Source: Planctomycetota bacterium
GTDB taxonomy: Bacteria; Planctomycetota; Planctomycetia; Planctomycetales; Planctomycetaceae
DNA: 64,000 bases
Assembly: GCA_037146815.1 (NCBI GenBank)
Contig: JBAWWJ010000014.1
Location: 1,114 to 65,113, forward strand
Direction: 5' to 3'
Positions 60,101 to 64,000 of the stretch are shown here, one piece after another. The position numbers and the translations under genes are program-made. The number at the start of each line of letters is the position of its first letter. Position 1 is the first letter of the stretch. A model generated the notes under the pieces. That model saw only the letters and a program-made list of their open reading frames with translations, had not been told where the DNA came from and searched no databases.

Positions 60101-61387
60101 ATGACCATTCGTACGTCGATCACCACAATCGCTGTATCGCTGGCGATGCTCGTCGCCGGGCACGATTTTCTCAGAGCGGCTGATTCCCCGGCCAGTGATC
60201 AGGACTGGCCCGCCTTTCGAGGTGAGGGGGGAATGGGAATCAGTTCCGCGAAAAACCTGCCGGCGGAATGGAGCACCGATAAAAACATCGCCTGGAAAGT
60301 CGCGCTACCGGGTGCGGGTGCTTCGAGTCCAATTGTATTTGGCGACCGCATCTACCTGACAGCATATACTGGATTTTTCGTCCCCGGCAAGGACGGTAAG
60401 AAGGACGATCTCAAGCGTCACCTGATCGCATTGAAGCGAACAGACGGAACAACAGTCTGGGATCAGGCTGTTCCTGCAAAACTACCGGAAGAAGATCGGA
60501 TTCGTGATCACGGTTTTGCCGCAAATACACCTGCGGTCGATTCCAGCGGGATCTATGTCTTCTTCGGCAAGACGGGCGTCTTTTGCTTTGGTCACGACGG
60601 CCGACAGAAGTGGCAAGCCGATGTCGGATCGAAGACTCACGGTTGGGGAACGTCTTCGTCACCGGTTATTCACGGTAATCTCTTGATCATCAACGCGAGT
60701 GTCGAGAGCGAATCATTGATCGCACTTGATCGAAGTACAGGAAAAGAGATCTGGCGAGCGTCTGGAATCCGCGAATCGTGGAATACACCCGTTGTTGTGA
60801 TCGCCAAGTCTGGCCGTCAGGAATTGATCATATCAATGCAGGGAAAGGTCCTGGCATTCGACCCCGCATCGGGTAAGTCACTCTGGACATGTAAGACCGA
60901 CATCGGCTGGTACATGGTTCCCAGTATTGTGGCCGCAGATGGCGTTGTCTATTGCCTTGGCGGTCGCTCGGGCGTTGCCGCGCTTGCAGTGCGAACCGGC
61001 GGCAGTGGTGACGTGACGGAATCACATCGCCTATGGACAAGCGTCAAAGGCTCAAATGTCTCGTCTCCTGTGTATTGGAACGGATATCTTTATTGGGCTC
61101 ACGAGAGTGGCATTGCGAACTGCGCGAAAGCTGATACGGGCGAAATTGTTTACCAGAAACGGCTGGAACGGGCAGAGCAGGTCTATTCGTCGGCATTGCT
61201 GGCGGACGGAAAGATCTATTACCTGAGCCGTGAGGGGCGGACATTCGTCGTGGCAGCAAAACCGGAGTTTGAGCAACTGGCGATGAACGATCTCACTGAT
61301 CGCAGCATCTTCAATGGCAGCCCCGCTGTTGACGGTAACCGACTTTTGATCCGATCCGACCGGTTTCTTTACTGCATTGGCAAGTAG
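60101..61387 (+). CDS. Exported PQQ-binding-like beta-propeller protein
   Basis: Signal peptide, DWPAFRG, LPAEWS, GASSPIV, TSSSPV, WNTPVV, YSSALLADG. Confidence 0.88.
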   Translation: MTIRTSITTIAVSLAMLVAGHDFLRAADSPASDQDWPAFRGEGGMGISSAKNLPAEWSTDKNIAWKVALPGAGASSPIVFGDRIYLTAYTGFFVPGKDGKKDDLKRHLIALKRTDGTTVWDQAVPAKLPEEDRIRDHGFAANTPAVDSSGIYVFFGKTGVFCFGHDGRQKWQADVGSKTHGWGTSSSPVIHGNLLIINASVESESLIALDRSTGKEIWRASGIRESWNTPVVVIAKSGRQELIISMQGKVLAFDPASGKSLWTCKTDIGWYMVPSIVAADGVVYCLGGRSGVAALAVRTGGSGDVTESHRLWTSVKGSNVSSPVYWNGYLYWAHESGIANCAKADTGEIVYQKRLERAEQVYSSALLADGKIYYLSREGRTFVVAAKPEFEQLAMNDLTDRSIFNGSPAVDGNRLLIRSDRFLYCIGK

Positions 61388-61485
61388 CGATCAAACAGAG
61401 TGATTGGCGATTCGACTGAATTGAGGCACGAAAGTTTCGAACGTCAGCCATCAGGAACTGACCGAGATTTGGGCAAGGGGGCCGA

Positions 61486-62361
61486 GTGGTCAACAATTCG
61501 TCTGTGGCACTCAATCGTCGTATCCACCGCACCATCATTGGCGTCTGGTGCAGTCTGGTGATTGTCGCCGGCGCGGCGTGGATTTTACCAATCGAAGTTG
61601 CACAGGCCTGGGCGGTGGATCGCGTACCGAACGATGAGTTCTTACGGTACGAGGCGTCATCCGCGGCAACAGCGTCGGTGTGGCTGCTGCGATGCGTGGC
61701 CTCGATTGGTTTTCTGGCGGTCTCGCTTGTCTGGTGGAAACAGCGGACGGCCATTCCATTCTTTGGGTGTCTGGTCAAACAATTCTGGCAAGTCACCGCT
61801 CCGCCGGGGGCTGGCTTCATTGTCGCGACGACCTGCAGGCTGATGGTTCTTGCCTGGATCGGACTGGCAGTCGTCCATGGTGGTTTGAGCCTTCAGCGCC
61901 GACTGTGGGAGTGGCCGGTTTATCGATTGCTTCCCGGACGAACAATCCTGCCAAACATCAGTGATTCCAATCGCGATGTCATTCGCTATGTCTCACTGAT
62001 GACCCCACCCGGTTCCCGGATTTTTGTCGTCAGCGACCAGAAACTCTACTTCCTTTCGTACTACCTGTTGCCTCGACGTATTTATCACGTCACGCATCCT
62101 GACAGCGAATTTGTGATTGCCCAGGCTGACAACCAGCGTCAACTCGCAGCCTATCGGGTTCAATATCTTTCACCTGACCAGATCGATCGACTGAAGCCCG
62201 ATTATCTGTTGCACTATTTTGAAGGGGCCCAGTATGTGAAGGGTGAGGACCTGCTACAGGATTCCAACTGGATCGAGTACCAACAGCGGAAGCACGGCCC
62301 GACCTGGCGACCTCAATACCTTGTATCGCTCCAGCGGTACTCCTCACGTCAATCGCCGTAA
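61486..62361 (+). CDS. Hypothetical membrane protein
   Basis: About three hydrophobic segments followed by a soluble domain (FLSYYLLPRRIYH); fills the gap between genes. Confidence 0.65.
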   Translation: MVNNSSVALNRRIHRTIIGVWCSLVIVAGAAWILPIEVAQAWAVDRVPNDEFLRYEASSAATASVWLLRCVASIGFLAVSLVWWKQRTAIPFFGCLVKQFWQVTAPPGAGFIVATTCRLMVLAWIGLAVVHGGLSLQRRLWEWPVYRLLPGRTILPNISDSNRDVIRYVSLMTPPGSRIFVVSDQKLYFLSYYLLPRRIYHVTHPDSEFVIAQADNQRQLAAYRVQYLSPDQIDRLKPDYLLHYFEGAQYVKGEDLLQDSNWIEYQQRKHGPTWRPQYLVSLQRYSSRQSP

Positions 62362-62378
62362 TAAGCCGCTCGCGATAT

Positions 62379-63545
62379 TCAGGGAGTGACCGCGAAAGCA
62401 TAGACAAATGTTGGCAGCGGCAGAAAGTCGTTGTCGCTGGTAATCAGCAGTAGTCGCGAGCCATCCTTCAGAGTCGGTCCGAACGTGATTCCTTCAATCT
62501 TTTCCGGGAAGGACTCTCCTGCCAGCTTCCAGCGCGGATCGAGCAAGTCGATAAAGAGTTTCCTCGCCACGGGCTTTACTCCTGCGGGAATCTCTTTCGT
62601 CGGCAGCGATGCAATCTGGCTGATATCCGTCGCTTCACGCGTATCAATTTCGATAATCTGTTTGACGGCCGCACCGACGCCCAATTTGCTGTCACGTTCG
62701 ATCACGAGAAATTTGCCCGGCGAAACGTATTCAATTTCGTGACAGGCATTCGTCGGCTGATCAAGTTGATACAGGAATTCACGAGTCGACTTATTGGCAC
62801 GATTGATTTCCAACATCCGAAGATTTACGCCAATTCGCTTGTTCATCTCATCCAATGCACCATCCTGGATCAATGGTCCCTGCATCAAGGCCGTGATCGT
62901 GTTGCCATCAGGAGAAATCGCGATCGATTCGATGCCACGATTCGGTTGACGACCACGAACATTCAGGGGTGGGAGTTCCAGATTGGGATCGGCCGCAGGG
63001 TGCAGTGGCAAGAACTTTTCAGGGATCGTTAATTGGCCAATCTGGCGTCCGTTGGAATTGAACTCGAAGATCGAGGGGCCGTATTCATCTGAAATATAAA
63101 ACGTCCCACGCCCTGAAGGTCGAATTGCTTCTGGATCGAATCGAGCAGCAGGAATTCCGGAATCTGGCAGAGCCTTGAGTGACCCTACCAACGGGAGCCC
63201 ACCCTCGTTGGAAAGAAGTCGCGTCTCCAGGAGTTCCATACCGATGGCACCCCGTGGACTGACGTTGATTTCAACAATGTGAAACCGGCAGCGGTACGTC
63301 GTTGCGCCGTCAGCGGGGCCGCGGTCCGAGATGACCGCATAACGATTTCCTGTCCCCAACCAGGCGATACCGGAGCCAAACCCGCCCCATTGATTCGCCG
63401 GAATTCCCCCTTCCAGACTCCCCTGTTCGCCGGATTTGTCGGGAACGGCTGAAGGGATCTCCACCCGTCCAATCAGGCGTGGTTCGGCTGCAATACCTGC
63501 GGCGGACATGGCAAAAGTCAGCAGGCAGATCCATTCGAATTTCAT
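62379..63545 (-). CDS. Exported esterase-like/phytase-like family protein
   Basis: GGFGSGI, ISDRGP, FDPEAI, YISDEYGPSI, NRGIESIAISPDG, EKIEGITFG, SDNDF. Confidence 0.85.
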   Translation of the reverse strand: MKFEWICLLTFAMSAAGIAAEPRLIGRVEIPSAVPDKSGEQGSLEGGIPANQWGGFGSGIAWLGTGNRYAVISDRGPADGATTYRCRFHIVEINVSPRGAIGMELLETRLLSNEGGLPLVGSLKALPDSGIPAARFDPEAIRPSGRGTFYISDEYGPSIFEFNSNGRQIGQLTIPEKFLPLHPAADPNLELPPLNVRGRQPNRGIESIAISPDGNTITALMQGPLIQDGALDEMNKRIGVNLRMLEINRANKSTREFLYQLDQPTNACHEIEYVSPGKFLVIERDSKLGVGAAVKQIIEIDTREATDISQIASLPTKEIPAGVKPVARKLFIDLLDPRWKLAGESFPEKIEGITFGPTLKDGSRLLLITSDNDFLPLPTFVYAFAVTP

Positions 63546-63682
63546 AGCGGTTCCCGGCGAAAATTTCTAACGGATAAAACTGAAGTCCCGCATCTCCATC
63601 AGGCAATGCTCAATGGAGATGGGGACTTTGTTCTGTCAATTCAAATTGCAAAAGCCGCTCAGCGACATTCTTTCGGCAGAGA

Positions 63683-64000
63683 TTAGAACTCGCCTGGGAT
63701 ATCGCTGGCATTGCGGGTCGCCAGAGCACTCAGTGTTGATGCAGAAATGTTGCTGCTCAGGAATCGGACCGATCCATCGCACATCAGCACATGGGAGCCA
63801 CCGACGTGAAAGGCGTACATTTCGCTGTCGTTCAGCATGTTGATCGCATACGGTGCTGCCACAGTCGTCAACGCACAAGGACCGGAAGGAATGGTGCAGC
63901 TTGCCTTTCCAACGATCAATCCATCGGAGGTGGCCCCATCCAGGCTGTATCCCGCCTGAATATCTGCCCAGCCCCAGCCATCCTTGGTGGTAGCAACGGT
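63683..64000 (-). CDS. DUF1559-family protein, C-terminal H-X9-DG part (5' end outside the window)
   Basis: Open frame from the window edge: ..GWGWAD..YAINMLND..YAFHVGGSHVLMCDGSVRFLSSNI..ALATRNASDIPGEF. Confidence 0.88.
   Translation of the reverse strand, partial: TVATTKDGWGWADIQAGYSLDGATSDGLIVGKASCTIPSGPCALTTVAAPYAINMLNDSEMYAFHVGGSHVLMCDGSVRFLSSNISASTLSALATRNASDIPGEF

Overview
A 64 kb stretch of moderately GC-rich chromosome, very probably from a planctomycete (inferred from LEPR-XLL, DUF1549/DUF1553, DUF1559, HEAT- and PQQ-repeat proteins). Most of it is housekeeping or typical planctomycete genes: rpsB-tsf-pyrH, typA, prs, apgM, nadD, tsaB, a SWIM-SNF2 helicase, an HD-GYP protein and an M50 protease. 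Three things stand out. (1) 1-6.9 kb: a secreted LEPR-XLL/Ig-like gene, apparently split by a 1-nt frameshift, continues into an Ala-rich 22-residue-repeat body with a low-GC C-terminal domain. It is followed directly by at least three mosaic, signal-peptide-bearing TPR paralogues, one missed by the ORF track. The layout resembles a polymorphic effector plus an immunity array. (2) 23.4-33.9 kb: an ExbB + 2x ExbD + FHA-TM-TPR-beta-propeller + giant solute-binding-protein cluster with no recognisable TonB, outer-membrane receptor or ABC permease. (3) At least four families of paired palindromic REP/REPIN elements, including a nested composite whose inner spacer is inverted between its two copies. 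I recognised no rRNA, tRNA, CRISPR array or transposase. All family assignments are from motif recognition, not database searches.
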